Assembly: GCA_963758915.1 (NCBI GenBank)
Contig: CAVWXH010000002.1
Location: 120,378-184,377, forward strand
From: an uncultured Methanomicrobiales archaeon
GTDB lineage: Archaea > Halobacteriota > Methanomicrobia > Methanomicrobiales > Methanospirillaceae
Reading direction: 5' to 3'
Length of the DNA stretch: 64,000 nt
Positions 20,910 through 32,465 of the stretch are shown in pieces. Within the stretch, counting starts at the first letter, position 1. Every line of letters starts with the position of its first letter. The notes below the pieces were generated by a model. That model was not told the origin of the DNA, made no database searches, and worked only from the letters and a program-made list of their open reading frames with translations. A program made the translations under genes and the position numbers.

Positions 20910-22310
20910 TCACGTCCCCTTCATAAACCGGTATGCCTCTTTTGGCACCCGCATCTCAAACCTCGCACCCATTCCTTCCTCACCGGTTTCCGCGATCGTA
21001 ATATCGGTGAGCCCCAGAATATCCCGGGCGAGAAAGAGACCCATCCCCGTATTTTTTCCTACGCCACGCTCAAAAATTTCTTCCTTTGCGTCCTCAGGTA
21101 CTCCGGTACCATCATCCTCCCAGATCAGGAATAGTCCGTCCGGTATCAGGGCGTAATGGACATGAATTTCCGTTACATCCTTTCCATGGCGCAGGGAATT
21201 GTCATACAGGTTATAAAACACTTTTTCGAGCAGGGGGTCTGCATATATCTCCAGCCCGCTGAGGTCTGCCCTTACCCGGACCTCAGTCCCCGGGAGCCCT
21301 GAAACGATCCTGGTGACATTCTGCCATACCGGGGCCTTTTCGCCGAGGTTCTGGTATGTCCTGGTGAACTCGATATGATTCTGTATCAGGCCTGCCGCCC
21401 CTGACGCCCGCTGGAGATAGTCATCGAGCATGGGATCGGTGATTTTCCTGCGGACAAGGGTGAGGTACCCGAGTAGTACGGTAAGGTTGTTCAGGATATC
21501 ATGCCTGGTAATGCATCCGAGCAGGTTTAACTTCTTGTTGGCGATAATCAGGGCATTTTCGACCTTCTTACGTTCGGTAATGTCATGCACAATAATGCTG
21601 AAGATGGCATCTTTACCGTCGATCGGGATCACGCTGCTGCTCACCTCAACATACAGGATGTCATGCAACTTTGTCCAGTACCGCTGCTCCCCGAGTACAC
21701 AACTGCCGGTGGCAAGAATTTTCTCGCAGCAGGTATCAGCACAATGTGGTCCGTCAGCTACGATATCCACAAATGAAAGACCGCTAACTTCGTCGCTCCT
21801 GTAACCGAACAGGTGAAGGAATGCCGGGTTAACTTCAAGAATTTTTTTTGTCCGGGCATCGAAAAGGACAATTGCCTCGGTTGCCTGTTCAAATAACGCC
21901 CGGTAACGGGCCTCACTCTCTTTTAGTAAGCTTTCGAGCGAATATTTGTAGAGTGCCATCCGGATTGTCGCGTTCAGTTCGCGGATTTGTACCGGTTTTA
22001 CAAGGTAGCCGTATGGTTCGGTGAGTTTTGCATGGCTGAGCCGTTCATCATCTGCGAATGCGGTAGTATAGATCACCGGGATGTCTGATGTTGCATGTAT
22101 CTTCTCTGCTGCCTGGATCCCGTTCATTTTTCCTGCAAGCTGAATATCCATCAGGATGACATCCGGTTTCAGGGAAATGGCTTTATCTACTGCTTCTTCC
22201 CCGCTCGAAACCGTTGGGAGTACAATATAACCGAGACCACTCAGTACCAGTTCAAGGTTTGCGGAGATGAGTGCATCATCTTCGACAATAAGAATTTTTT
22301 CAGCCGGCAA
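20910..22310 (-). CDS. REC-PAS sensor histidine kinase
   Basis: ILIVEDD...MDIQL receiver, a PAS domain, ITRHDILN H-box, and NSLRHG / DDGTG / TGMGLF boxes; probable TTG start at 22310. Confidence 0.9.
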   Translation of the reverse strand: MPAEKILIVEDDALISANLELVLSGLGYIVLPTVSSGEEAVDKAISLKPDVILMDIQLAGKMNGIQAAEKIHATSDIPVIYTTAFADDERLSHAKLTEPYGYLVKPVQIRELNATIRMALYKYSLESLLKESEARYRALFEQATEAIVLFDARTKKILEVNPAFLHLFGYRSDEVSGLSFVDIVADGPHCADTCCEKILATGSCVLGEQRYWTKLHDILYVEVSSSVIPIDGKDAIFSIIVHDITERKKVENALIIANKKLNLLGCITRHDILNNLTVLLGYLTLVRRKITDPMLDDYLQRASGAAGLIQNHIEFTRTYQNLGEKAPVWQNVTRIVSGLPGTEVRVRADLSGLEIYADPLLEKVFYNLYDNSLRHGKDVTEIHVHYALIPDGLFLIWEDDGTGVPEDAKEEIFERGVGKNTGMGLFLARDILGLTDITIAETGEEGMGARFEMRVPKEAYRFMKGT

Positions 22311-25300
22311 ACAAATCCCCCTCTCTATCCGGTTCCGGGACAAACCGTATTACGAACGATGTCCCCCTTGTCGTGTCCATCTCCAGGTCCCCATGGAGCT
22401 GGTTCTTTGCAAGGATACGGATAAGTGTAAGTCCCAGCGAGCGGGGGCCTGATACTATAGTACCAGGGGGTATTCCTCTACCGTTGTCTGAAGCGTTCAG
22501 GATGATAAATCCACCCTTTTCTTTCATGGACAGCGTAATGTTGCATCCCTCTCCCCGCTCATCCTGGCAGGACCAGCCTTCCGGAAACGCATACTTGAGC
22601 GAGTTCGTCACAATCTCGGTAATAATCAGGCCACAATGGATTGCGGTATCAATCGGGAGGTGGGTATCTCCCATCCTTATGTTCCAGCTGATGTCTCCCC
22701 TTGGCCCGTAAGACTGGATGAGGTGCTGGACGAGGTCCTTTACGTATTCCTGAGCGTTGATACGTGAGAGTGAATGAGAATGGTACAGCGATTCATGCAC
22801 GAGCGACATGCTCCTGATGCGGGACTCCAGATCGCTGAACCGGGCGATATCCTCCGGGCCTGACAGACTCTGCCTTCTGAAGGCCGATGAGTGATATGAC
22901 CCTTGCAAGGTTGTTTTTTACACGGTGATGGATCTCACGGAGCAGCACTTCTTTATCGGCGAGAGACTCCCTGACTTGTATTTCTGCAGCGACACGCTGT
23001 ATGGCAGAACCAATCTGGCCTGCAATCTCTTCAATCACCTGCACGGTTGCGAACGGGACCTGGTTTTCACGGCGGTCAGCAAGGTGAATGAGGCCGATAA
23101 TCAGGTCCCCCTGCCGTATGGGGACAAGGGCAACGGACTCGTACCCTGTATTGTTGCAGACATTCCATGTACAGCCATTTGCCTCTTCTGAAATCGTGGA
23201 AAGATTTTTCGTCGTGCCGTTCATGTAGAATGATCCACCCTGTGAGAAAAACGGCTGAGTGGGATCCGTGGTTCCATGGATTACCTTGATGCACATGCAT
23301 TCGTCAGACCTGCCTGAAAACGGGTTCTCGGTCGAATAAAACCCCGAAGAGAAACCACTAAATGCCAGGTGTGGAATATTGCCCTGTTCATCGATGAGCA
23401 GTATCCCGACTGCCTCGCAACCTGTATAGTCCTGTATTGTGTGGACATACTCCTGCAAAAGTGCTGGTAACTCCACTGTCCGGTTGGCACAGTCGAGCAG
23501 GGTATGGGAGAGACGAAGGATGTCCTCGGTATGCTTGCGTTCTGTAATATCAACAATTATGCCACGGAGCCCTTCAGGGTGACCGTCCTTTTCGATTAAC
23601 GAGAGATACGAAATTCCGGTAAATATGCCACCGTTCTTTAACCGGAACCGGTACTCGTTGCCACTTTTTTTCCCCTGTACTATGCCTTCCAGGTTTTGTT
23701 TTGCCCGGGCAACATCTTCCGGGACTACCATCATGTAGATATCCAGTCCTTGCTCAAGATCGCGTTGGTCATAGCCGAATAAGTTGAGTGCAAACCTGTT
23801 GACATAGGTAAACCGTCCTTTCAGGTCTGTTTCAAAGATAGTCTGGGGCATCAGATCGCTTAAGTCATGAAATTTTTGTTCGCTTTTTCGCAGCGCTTCC
23901 TGTGCTGCTTTCAGGTAGGTAATATCACGGGCTGCGGCAAAAACCCCCTTAACTGATCCTGATAAATCCCGGTATACGGTTGCATTATAGAGGACAGGCA
24001 TGGTATGTCCGTCCCTGTGCAGTATTTCAAGCGGGTAATCCCTTACAAATCCCTTCTCAAATGCAAAGCGGTATCCTGCCCTTGCGTTTTCTGGGTCGGT
24101 GAAATAATCCGAGAAGTCCTTGCCGATCAACTCATGCCTCGCATATCCCGTGGCGTGCTCCGTGGCAGCATTGACATCGCTGATTTTTCCATCCACGGTA
24201 ATCGTTGTAAGCGGGTCCGGGCTTGCCTCTATGAGGCTCCGGGTATACGCTCCCACCTCCCTGACTGCCTCATTTGCATTCTTCTGGTCCGTGATATCAT
24301 TCGTAATTCCAAGGATCTGCAGGACTTTCCCGTCCCTGTCACGGGCAAATGTGGTATCGCGGCTTTTTAACCAGCGCCACCGGCCATCAGCGTTTTTCAT
24401 CCGGTATTCAAGTTCAAGTACCTCACCTTCGTTAGCGCTCCCGAGCATGGCATGATGGTGAGCGACACGCCCGGCATCGTCCGGGTGCAGGATAATTTCG
24501 AATAACCTTGACCCCATGGATAGGATTTCATCGGAAGAATAACCAAGGAAATTTGCCACTTCGCGGTTGGTATAGATGTTGCGATGCTCCCGGATATCGT
24601 AAATATAGATGAGGTCAGGCGTAGTGTCGAGGATATGCTGGACAAAATGCCTGCTCTCCTGAAGCGTGGCCTGCATCTTTCTATGATCCGTGATATCGTG
24701 GGCTATTCCACGGAAACCAGTGAGTTGTCCTTCAGATCCGATTATAGGGGCGGAACGGATCTCAATGAAGATCTGGTTGCCCTCCTTGTCATGTGCAGGG
24801 ACTTCGAGCGTGGAAAAAGAACTTTTCTCCTGGATATGTTCAAGGAAAGCGGTCCTGACAGTGAAACGGACTCCGGCCTGATAAGGGAAAAAAACGATTG
24901 CCCGATGAGATCCCCGGGTTCATATCCGAGCTGCACCTTGCACTGGGGACTGATATAGGTGAAGTTTCCCTTCGTGTCAATTTCCCATATAATATCCGGT
25001 GATGCCTCAACCATGGTACGGAACATTAATTCACTCTCTATGAGTGCTTCTTCTGCCAGTTTGCGTTCGGTGATATCGACGGGAGACCTCTAAAACGGTA
25101 ACGGGTTTCCCGCTTTTGTCTTTCAAGGCTACATTTGCCGAACATTCGAAAAACCGAGTCTGTACCGTTAATATCGATCACGGTGGTCTCGTGCCGGTGG
25201 ATTCTCCATCCAAAAATGCCGTTCAGGTGCGATGCATGGATATGGTTCGCATGGGCATACATCTGCCGCTGATGATATACTTCGTAACATTTTCTGCCGT

Positions 25301-26724
25301 GATTTCCCTGCCGAAATATCGTTCGGCAGTTTCATTAGCCCATATAATATTCAGATCCTTATCCATCATACTCTATGGTCCCCGACGATTGCGTTCAGCA
25401 TGGCACCGTAGTTTCCCTTCGGTCTCCCGCAATGCATCTTCCGCTCCTTTAGCCCGGTGATATCTTCTGCGATACCGATAACCCGGTATAACTGTTCCCT
25501 GTTTATTCACCACAGGGAAATTCCGTGAGTGGACCCAGCGAACATTGCCTCCCGGCTGAATTATTCGGTATTTACTATCGATGTATTTTTCCTCCTCAAG
25601 CTCAAGGCGGATGGCCTCCTGCATGAAAGGAAGGTCTCCGGGTGTATTGCATCAATAAATGAATACGGGTTATCATACAGTTCCTGGCAGGTCCTCCCCC
25701 AGACCTTTTCGTATGCAGGGCTGACGTAGATAAACCGGTTCAACGCCCGGTCATGGACATAAAACACTCCCGGACTATTCTCGGTGATCTGCCGCAGGCG
25801 CTCCTCGCTTTCTTTGAGTTTGTCTTCTGCCAGCTGGTGTCTGGTGATATCATAATTCGTACCGACCAGGCTTTTTGGTCTGCCCATAGTATCGTGATGT
25901 ACGCGGGCTTTGGCGTGGAGGTAATGAACTGACCCGTCCGGCCAGACAACGCGGAATTCGGTGTCAAATTCCTTTTCTCCACGTAACGCCATCTGGAGCT
26001 CTGCCTCACTTTGCGCAAGGTCGTCCGGGTGCAGTCCGGCACGCCAGGCCTCGTACGTGCCACTGAATGTATCCGGTGTTATGCCATAGAGCTGAAACAT
26101 CCGGTCATCCCATATCAGGACGTTATTGACGAGGTCAAGTTCCCATATGCCTACACCGCCCGCTTGCGTTGCCAGTGACAAGTGTTCGGTGGTCTGTTGA
26201 CTTGCCACCTCTGCACGTTTCAGATCAGTGATGTCCTCCATCGTAACGAAAACCTGGTATGGCGCCACCTCCCCGGGCCTGAACTGTGGGGTTGCGTTGG
26301 TCCTGACCCACGTAACCGTGTCCCGTTCAGGGTTGAAAACCCCGACAACACGGCCCCTCACTGGTTTTCCTGTCTGTAATGCAATCATTGAGGGGTGTTG
26401 TCCCGGGGGCAGGACTTCGCCGGTTTCTGAAATTACCTCCCATTGAGGGTCATACGAGTCCTTACCAATGAACTGCTCATGGGTAAGTCCGAACATCTTC
26501 AGCGCTGCCGGGTTTACATCTGACAGGGATCCGTCGCGGTGCTGGTAAAAGACTCCATGGGGCATATTTTCAAACAATGTCCTGTATTTAGCCTCGCTAT
26601 CAACAGCTGATGTGTTCCCGGTACTACCCTTTTTACACTGCTGCCCATCCCCGCTTTGTGCCGTGCGGGAATTGTCAGACGGGGGTGGTTCTTTTTTTTG
26701 TGAACGCTTATTGTCGGTTTTCAT
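22300..26724 (-). pseudogene. Large multi-PAS/GAF sensor histidine kinase (HisKA_2 type) broken by multiple frameshifts
   Basis: Consecutive ORFs hold about 8 PAS/PAC domains, a GAF domain, EIHHRVKNNL and NSLKYAF...DNGRG...SLGL. Indels lie at ~22867 and in a cluster at ~24670-25640. Confidence 0.85.
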
Positions 26725-27192
26725 CCCTTACGTACCGTCCCGGCCCTGCCCGTTCCCGGAAAAACAATAGCAATCACTCCGGCCTGGACAGGTACCATGT
26801 CTATAGCACTGTATAGCGGTGATAGAGCGCCTGACCCGATAAATCGCTCGATCACGTATGGGTATGTTGACGGCCGAACTACAGGTCACCTTACAATCCC
26901 TTTATTCCGGGTGGTCCTGGGCGTTCCTGACATACCGGATCAGCACACGGGTCCTGGCGCCGTTTCTGTTGGATGATATGAACCATTATTAACCCCGGAA
27001 TAAAAAAGCAGGGTTTTTTATTCTCATGGATAGGGATTTGAAAACAACCGGGCCCGTGCAACCCTGAAATGACACGCCTCTTCAACGAGATAAGAAAAAA
27101 GAACAGGGGAGAACGATCCTCTGTTCTCCCCCACCTCCTGCCGGTATAACCCACTTCCGGGTGGACCTGTCCTGGCAGGCGACCTTAATCCG

Positions 27193-27606
27193 TTACCGCC
27201 AGGGTGTGGGGTCTTCCATGATCCCGCCGGGATAGACATCGTAGGTCTTCCAGCCCTGCACGGTGTGGAACAGCCAGACCTGGACATGTGCGTTCCGGGG
27301 TTTGGGCATTCCACCAAGTTGTGCCAGGTCTGTCCTGAAACGCCGGGCAACTGCCTGTGCATTCTCCAACGGTCTCCTTGACCTCCGTACCTGGACAATG
27401 AGGGGATCGCCACCGGGTTTCCATGCAACAAGGTCTGCGGGAGGCAGGACACTTGTATTATGAATGACCGTGTGGCCCATCTCGCGCAACAGGTCCCGCA
27501 CTGCATAGGAGGTTTTCCTGCTCCTCGTGGTGGGGCTCTGTTGTACCGGGGCAATTCCGGTGGTACCAGGTCCAAGTGAGCCTGATGCGAACCTCATTTG
27601 CGACAA
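27193..27606 (-). CDS. Hypothetical protein with Hjc/PD-(D/E)xK-like pattern
   Basis: AVRDLLREMGHTV...PADLVAW...LIVQVRRSR resembles the Holliday-junction-resolvase fold with QxR replacing ExK. Confidence 0.5.
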   Translation of the reverse strand: MSQMRFASGSLGPGTTGIAPVQQSPTTRSRKTSYAVRDLLREMGHTVIHNTSVLPPADLVAWKPGGDPLIVQVRRSRRPLENAQAVARRFRTDLAQLGGMPKPRNAHVQVWLFHTVQGWKTYDVYPGGIMEDPTPWR

Positions 27607-27963
27607 CTCCCCCTTCTGGGTATGAAAGGCTCTATTAAACTGCCAGGAAACAGAGTGATCCCCGGCCCCCCTCGTGGTGTGGATCGGTTTCTGTTGCAGG
27701 GTACGTGAGCCCGTGTGGGGCTATTCTTTACCAATCGGTTCTTTTCAAGACCTTCTTTTTGAATGCCGGGTGCATGTAGGTGCTGCACGACGACAACGAT
27801 ACCATCAGGTCTGTTGTGCGGTCTTACATCGTTCATTTTTTATCCTCGCGTGCGGTCAATTGAGAAATAACACAGTTCCCCGCACGCTGTCGTGTATAGG
27901 AATGATGAGTATGTGAAGGCGTGTCGTGCATGGTGTGAAAGTGAACTGGTCAGAACTATTCCG

Positions 27964-28000
27964 GCATTTTCAATCGTCCGGTTGTGAACTTCCCGTTCAT
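27964..28000 (+). repeat. 37-bp dispersed repeat (second copy of 13425-13461)
   Basis: Direct sequence comparison, 2 mismatches. Confidence 0.8.
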
Positions 28001-28083
28001 ATGTGTTTCAAAAAAGCCGTTGTAATCATGAGGACTCCGGTAATTTTTCATTGGGAACGGCCATTGGAGTATGGTTTCCCGGA

Positions 28084-28680
28084 TCAACCCGGTGTTTTAT
28101 CAGGAAGGTAAGGGTTAACGGTGCCTGATGAGTTTTCGACCCCCATATCCAGGCCTATCGGACTGATTGCCACCAGTGAATTCTGAATGGTATCGAGGGA
28201 ATCAGAGACCATGTCAACAGAACTGGGGATGCTGATACCTGACGTATTGTTACCGGTACTACTGAGACCTACCGGACTTATGGCAGCCATTGATCTGATG
28301 GTATTTTCGACAGGGCCCGGTACTGGTTGCGTAACCCCTGCACCCATGAGGGCCTCGGTTGCGACAACCACCGCGAGGACGAGCATGATTGTTATCACGA
28401 CAATAAAGGCCTTCTGCACAAGGGAAAAGTTCTTCAGACCTACCTGCTTCGGCTGGATTTTTGGGTCAAGTGAAAGTTTATCAAGGATTTCCTTGCATTT
28501 TGCAGCTTCGTCTGTCCTTTCCTGCCTGACGAGGGTGAGATAAATATTGTTCCAGGCGTCGCGGTAATCGGGAACCAGTTCAACTGCTTTGCCATAATAC
28601 TGGAGGGCTTTATCATAATCGCCCTGTTTGAAATACTGATTTCCTTCGTTTTTCAGTTCGGCAGCACGGGTGTTCTTCAT
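28084..28680 (-). CDS. TPR protein with a single TM segment
   Basis: KNEGNQYFKQGDYDKALQYYGKAVELVP...AWNN TPR, then a hydrophobic segment. Confidence 0.8.
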   Translation of the reverse strand: MKNTRAAELKNEGNQYFKQGDYDKALQYYGKAVELVPDYRDAWNNIYLTLVRQERTDEAAKCKEILDKLSLDPKIQPKQVGLKNFSLVQKAFIVVITIMLVLAVVVATEALMGAGVTQPVPGPVENTIRSMAAISPVGLSSTGNNTSGISIPSSVDMVSDSLDTIQNSLVAISPIGLDMGVENSSGTVNPYLPDKTPG

Positions 28681-28964
28681 GTCCTGGCACAATAGTTGAT
28701 ATTATTGTAATGTATTAAAGTCATTCGTTGATGACAGGGATGCCCTTATACGGACAACCGGGTATCCCGCATTTTTTGGAAATAAAGGGGTTGGATATGT
28801 TCTGAATAATTTATAATCGTGATAATCCATGATAATGAAATGACATGCCGGCTTATTTCCCCGGTGGTATACCCGGGTTTTATCGTTTACCGGTGCTCCC
28901 GTCCTGGCCGGGAACTCCCCGGGGCATCAGGCACTGGCGGTTGACCGGTGGCAACCGGATGATG

Positions 28965-29522
28965 TTACCACTCGAGCCTGGTCGTGCCATACTGGTCGAC
29001 AACACCGTGTTTTGTCGGGAAATTATTCCAGTCAACCGTACCCTTAAGGACAGGGTAATCGCGCTCTACCGCGTGAATGGCCCGGGTAACCAGTAATTCC
29101 TCCTTTACCCTGAACCAGACACTCACCTTCGGGTCGAGATAAATCTGCCCGACCGTGTAGGTACCGTCATCATTGACTTTCACAATAACCCAGCCACGGT
29201 CTTTATCGTAACTTGAGTCAGCCGGATGTTTCTGGACCGATGACCCTGCAGAGTATTGTGCACCACCGGAGGTATCTGATATTGTCTGGTTATCGGGATC
29301 TCCTGCGGTTCCTGCAATTTGCGTGGCTCCCGGTAATGCCGGGGCGGAGTCCGTGGCAGGCGATCCCTGGCCCGCAGGTGCCGGAGTGGCCGGGGGTTCA
29401 TAGGACGGGCCTGACCCGGAATTTACATTCGTCGGCTGGATACAGGCCGATGAATATACCAGCATAAAAAGGACAACGAGTAGTGCGACAATGGATATTC
29501 CACGCTTTTTACCAGGTGTCAT
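28965..29522 (-). CDS. Putative lipoprotein
   Basis: Basic-hydrophobic signal ending SSAC, Pro/Ala/Thr linker and a C-terminal globular domain. Confidence 0.75.
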   Translation of the reverse strand: MTPGKKRGISIVALLVVLFMLVYSSACIQPTNVNSGSGPSYEPPATPAPAGQGSPATDSAPALPGATQIAGTAGDPDNQTISDTSGGAQYSAGSSVQKHPADSSYDKDRGWVIVKVNDDGTYTVGQIYLDPKVSVWFRVKEELLVTRAIHAVERDYPVLKGTVDWNNFPTKHGVVDQYGTTRLEW

Positions 29523-29704
29523 TGCATAATATCCTGTCCTGTCTGACTATAGATATATCTAAAATGACAGTATTCTGACTGCATGGTTAGAGGCAGGACC
29601 TTATCCTGGGGAGGGTCATCTTTCTTTCCCGGCAATCTCATGATCAGGGACCGGAAAAAAGATTATCCGTGTAAGGGGGGTGCCCGGACTCTCGTGACCC
29701 CGGA

Positions 29705-29908
29705 CTACAGGGGGTTCAGAAACCGGAAAAAAGCCGCGAGGAGCCCCATTATCAGCAATGATATGCAGATGTTGGTAAGTACCGGGCCAACGTCCATCGG
29801 AGTTTCATCCGGTTCTTCCCTGCCCCTCATCTGCTGATACGACAGGGCCGTCCCCTTTTTCCTGCTGATGGTGGACCTTTCTCCTGTATTGAATGACTCC
29901 TGTACCAT
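29705..29908 (-). CDS. Small membrane protein (hypothetical)
   Basis: 67-aa ORF with GGAG SD and a C-terminal hydrophobic helix. Confidence 0.45.
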   Translation of the reverse strand: MVQESFNTGERSTISRKKGTALSYQQMRGREEPDETPMDVGPVLTNICISLLIMGLLAAFFRFLNPL

Positions 29909-29986
29909 TTGATTTACATCTCCTGTCTGTTATTCCGGTATGGAAAAAAATGATAGCGGGGTTGTTCTTTCTGAAAGGGGTGTTAC

Positions 29987-30783
29987 TTATCCTGGCAGGC
30001 CTCCTGCCCTGGTGCCACGCATCTGGCCTGTATGCGACGCCCTGAACTCTTCGAGCCATGTTTTCAGTGCTGCAATGTCCCCGTTAGCGATAGCGGTCTT
30101 AGCAGCAGAAACATCAACTCCCTGATGTTCAAGTCTGTCAATGATTTTTTCCGGGTCCGGCCGTTCCTGGTTGCCTGTCTGGCTGCGTGGATTGGCGTCC
30201 CTGTATGCCTCGAGCCATGTTTTCAGTGCTGCTGTGTCCCCGTTAGCGATAGCGGTCTTAGCAGCAGAAACATCAACTCCCTGATGTTCAAGTCTGTCAA
30301 TGATTTTTTCCGGGTCCGGCCGTTCCTGGTTGCCTGTCTGGTTGCGTGGATTGGCGTCCCTGTATGCCTCGAGCCATGTTTTCAGTGCTGCTGTGTCCCC
30401 GTTAGCGATAGCGGTCTTTAGCAGCAGAAACATCAACTCCCTGATGTTCAAGTCTGTCAATGATTTTTTCCGGGTCCGGCCGTTCCTGGTTGCCTGTCTG
30501 GTTGCGTGGATTGGCGTCCCTGTATGCCTCGAGCCATGTTTTCAGTGCTGCTGTGTCCCCGTTAGCGATAGCGGTCTTTAGCAGCAGAAACATCAACTCC
30601 CTGTTGTTCAAGTTTATCGATTAATCCTGCTGGCGTTCCATGGCCCTGTCCCGGGGCAGATTCATTTCTGACGGCCTTTCCAAAGATATGCGGGGTTACA
30701 ACTGCTGCACCGGCCATTCCTACGACCAGCGCAACAACCACGCAGATTCCAAGAGCCCCGATAAATAATCCTGGTGTTTTCAT
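29987..30783 (-). pseudogene. Secreted protein with four 53-aa helical repeats, two +1 frameshifts
   Basis: Signal peptide MKTPGLFIGALG...; repeats (D/R)LE(Q/H)QGVDVSAAKTAIANGDTAALKTWLEAYRDANP; extra T at ~30418 and ~30578 relative to the other units. Confidence 0.8.
30053..30612. repeat. 159-bp tandem repeat, ~3.5 copies
   Basis: GAGCCATGTTTTCAGTGCTG at 30053, 30212, 30371 and 30531. Confidence 0.95.
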
Positions 30784-31026
30784 GCTCTCTCTCCTGTATT
30801 GTTTCGGTGCTGGTGCAGTACCCTGCACCCACCTAGTATAGAATAATATACATTATGTAATAAATACATTGCTATTACATGTGTATAACATACTATATGT
30901 AAGATATAATCGATAAGTTCAACCATTGGATAACAATTACCCGCCTGATACGTAACGGGTGGTATGGGCGTACCATCAGCCAGGGACTATGGCCTGATTA
31001 CCTGATGAAACGGGAAAAAAGTCTGT

Positions 31027-31245
31027 TTATATGACCTTACCGGGGATTTCTTCGTCCTCGTATATGAATACCTCCTCGATAGAAACCCCGAAGTGCCGGG
31101 CAATCCGGAAGGCGAGGTCAAGAGAAGGTACGTACTTTCCTTTCTCAATGGCCAGGATCGTCTGCCTGTTGACGCCGATTACCTGTGCAAGGTTCTCCTG
31201 GGTGAGATCGTGCATTGCCCGGAACACCTTGATTTTATTCCTCAT
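31027..31245 (-). CDS. XRE-family helix-turn-helix transcriptional regulator
   Basis: MRNKIKVFRAMHDLTQENLA...VNRQTILAIEKGKYVPSLDLAF. Confidence 0.92.
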   Translation of the reverse strand: MRNKIKVFRAMHDLTQENLAQVIGVNRQTILAIEKGKYVPSLDLAFRIARHFGVSIEEVFIYEDEEIPGKVI

Positions 31246-31690
31246 CGGTCTCCCAGTCCCCGTAAATACCGGCATAATAGATCCTGAACCCGACGTACAG
31301 GAAGATCATCAGGCAGAGAAGGCCGAGCTGGACAAACCCGATCAACCGTGGTGAAAGCAGTTCCGGATATATTGGCGGAGGTTCAAGGCGAAAACCCCTC
31401 GGAAATGCGGGGGGCCTGAGTAACTGCATTACTGCCCCGATAGAAAATGCACAAAAGACGACCCAGAAGACCTGCATCGTCCGCAGCACTGCCTGCTCAG
31501 TAATCTTTACATCCCGTTCGTCCTCTGCGAGGTCGGTCACCTGGCGACGGATCAGGTAGATTGCAGCAACTGCCACGATGAAAGCTACCTCGATCAGGAG
31601 GGGTGTATGGATCACATCAGAATACCAGAACAGTCCGACCAGCGCAATGGCGATACACCCGATGATGAGGTAAAATGTATTCTTCTTCAA
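31235..31690 (-). CDS. DUF2178-like membrane protein
   Basis: 4 TM with the EDERDVKITEQA motif; overlaps the XRE gene, the usual pairing. Confidence 0.75.
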   Translation of the reverse strand: MKKNTFYLIIGCIAIALVGLFWYSDVIHTPLLIEVAFIVAVAAIYLIRRQVTDLAEDERDVKITEQAVLRTMQVFWVVFCAFSIGAVMQLLRPPAFPRGFRLEPPPIYPELLSPRLIGFVQLGLLCLMIFLYVGFRIYYAGIYGDWETDEE

Positions 31691-31837
31691 TCTCTCCCTC
31701 TGTTAACGGAATTATACATCTGGTATATTGAATGTGACTATATGTACCTACCCCGGGGACAGGAATCCCCATCGGGAAAAATGTGTGTCCAGTTCAGTTG
31801 TAAAAAAAAATGGTAAATACTTCAATTCATCCCGCTA

Positions 31838-32347
31838 TCATGGGTTTATCGCCCTGAACGGGACTATTTCATCATATGTCTTGACCTTCCCAACCGTCGG
31901 AGCGGTCACCCAGATCTCCACCCTGTTCTGGTAGGTACTGGACGGGAATGACACGTATTGCCCGACATAGAACGGAGGCAGCATAAAGTCCTGCTGCGAT
32001 GTCCCATCCGGCTTCGTGAAGGTCACATCCACGCGGGAATCGAAGTTCATGCCGTTTCCACCCCGGAGCGTCACTACCATGTAGGGGTTGACAGTATCCC
32101 CGTTACCCTGTACCATGAAATCGAGCATGTAATTCGGCGGAAGCGTCTGTGTTGGCCCCGGAGTACCCATTCCTGCCATTGGAGTGGTTGCTGCCGGTGC
32201 TGTTGCTGGGGGGGTGACCGGCGTTGTGACCGGACTTGCAACCGGGGTCTGTGTTACTGCCGGAGGTGTCGCATTCTGGGTACATCCTGCGGTTAATACG
32301 AACGCAACAGCGAGTACCAGGCTTATTACGAGGATCGAAGATTTCAT
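31838..32347 (-). CDS. Putative lipoprotein (paralog 1)
   Basis: LTAGC lipobox, Thr/Pro linker and a PGPTQ...LRGGNG domain. Confidence 0.85.
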   Translation of the reverse strand: MKSSILVISLVLAVAFVLTAGCTQNATPPAVTQTPVASPVTTPVTPPATAPAATTPMAGMGTPGPTQTLPPNYMLDFMVQGNGDTVNPYMVVTLRGGNGMNFDSRVDVTFTKPDGTSQQDFMLPPFYVGQYVSFPSSTYQNRVEIWVTAPTVGKVKTYDEIVPFRAINP

Positions 32348-32465
32348 GGATGAACATCAGCCAAAATAGTGTATAATCCTATCGTACCATTGACCATGGA
32401 TAAACCCGTCTCATTAATCAGTGGTGCGAAAAAAAGGAATGGTAATTTTTCCTGAAATCCTTTTC

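Noticed and set aside
27594-27836. 80-aa ORF upstream of the Hjc-like gene
   Set aside because: No recognisable motif; coding status cannot be supported from sequence alone.
29987-30612. Regularly spaced repeats (also 5299-5850 and 8145-9195) as possible CRISPR arrays
   Set aside because: Units are 126-444 bp, contiguous, multiples of three and coding; there are no unique spacers and no cas genes.
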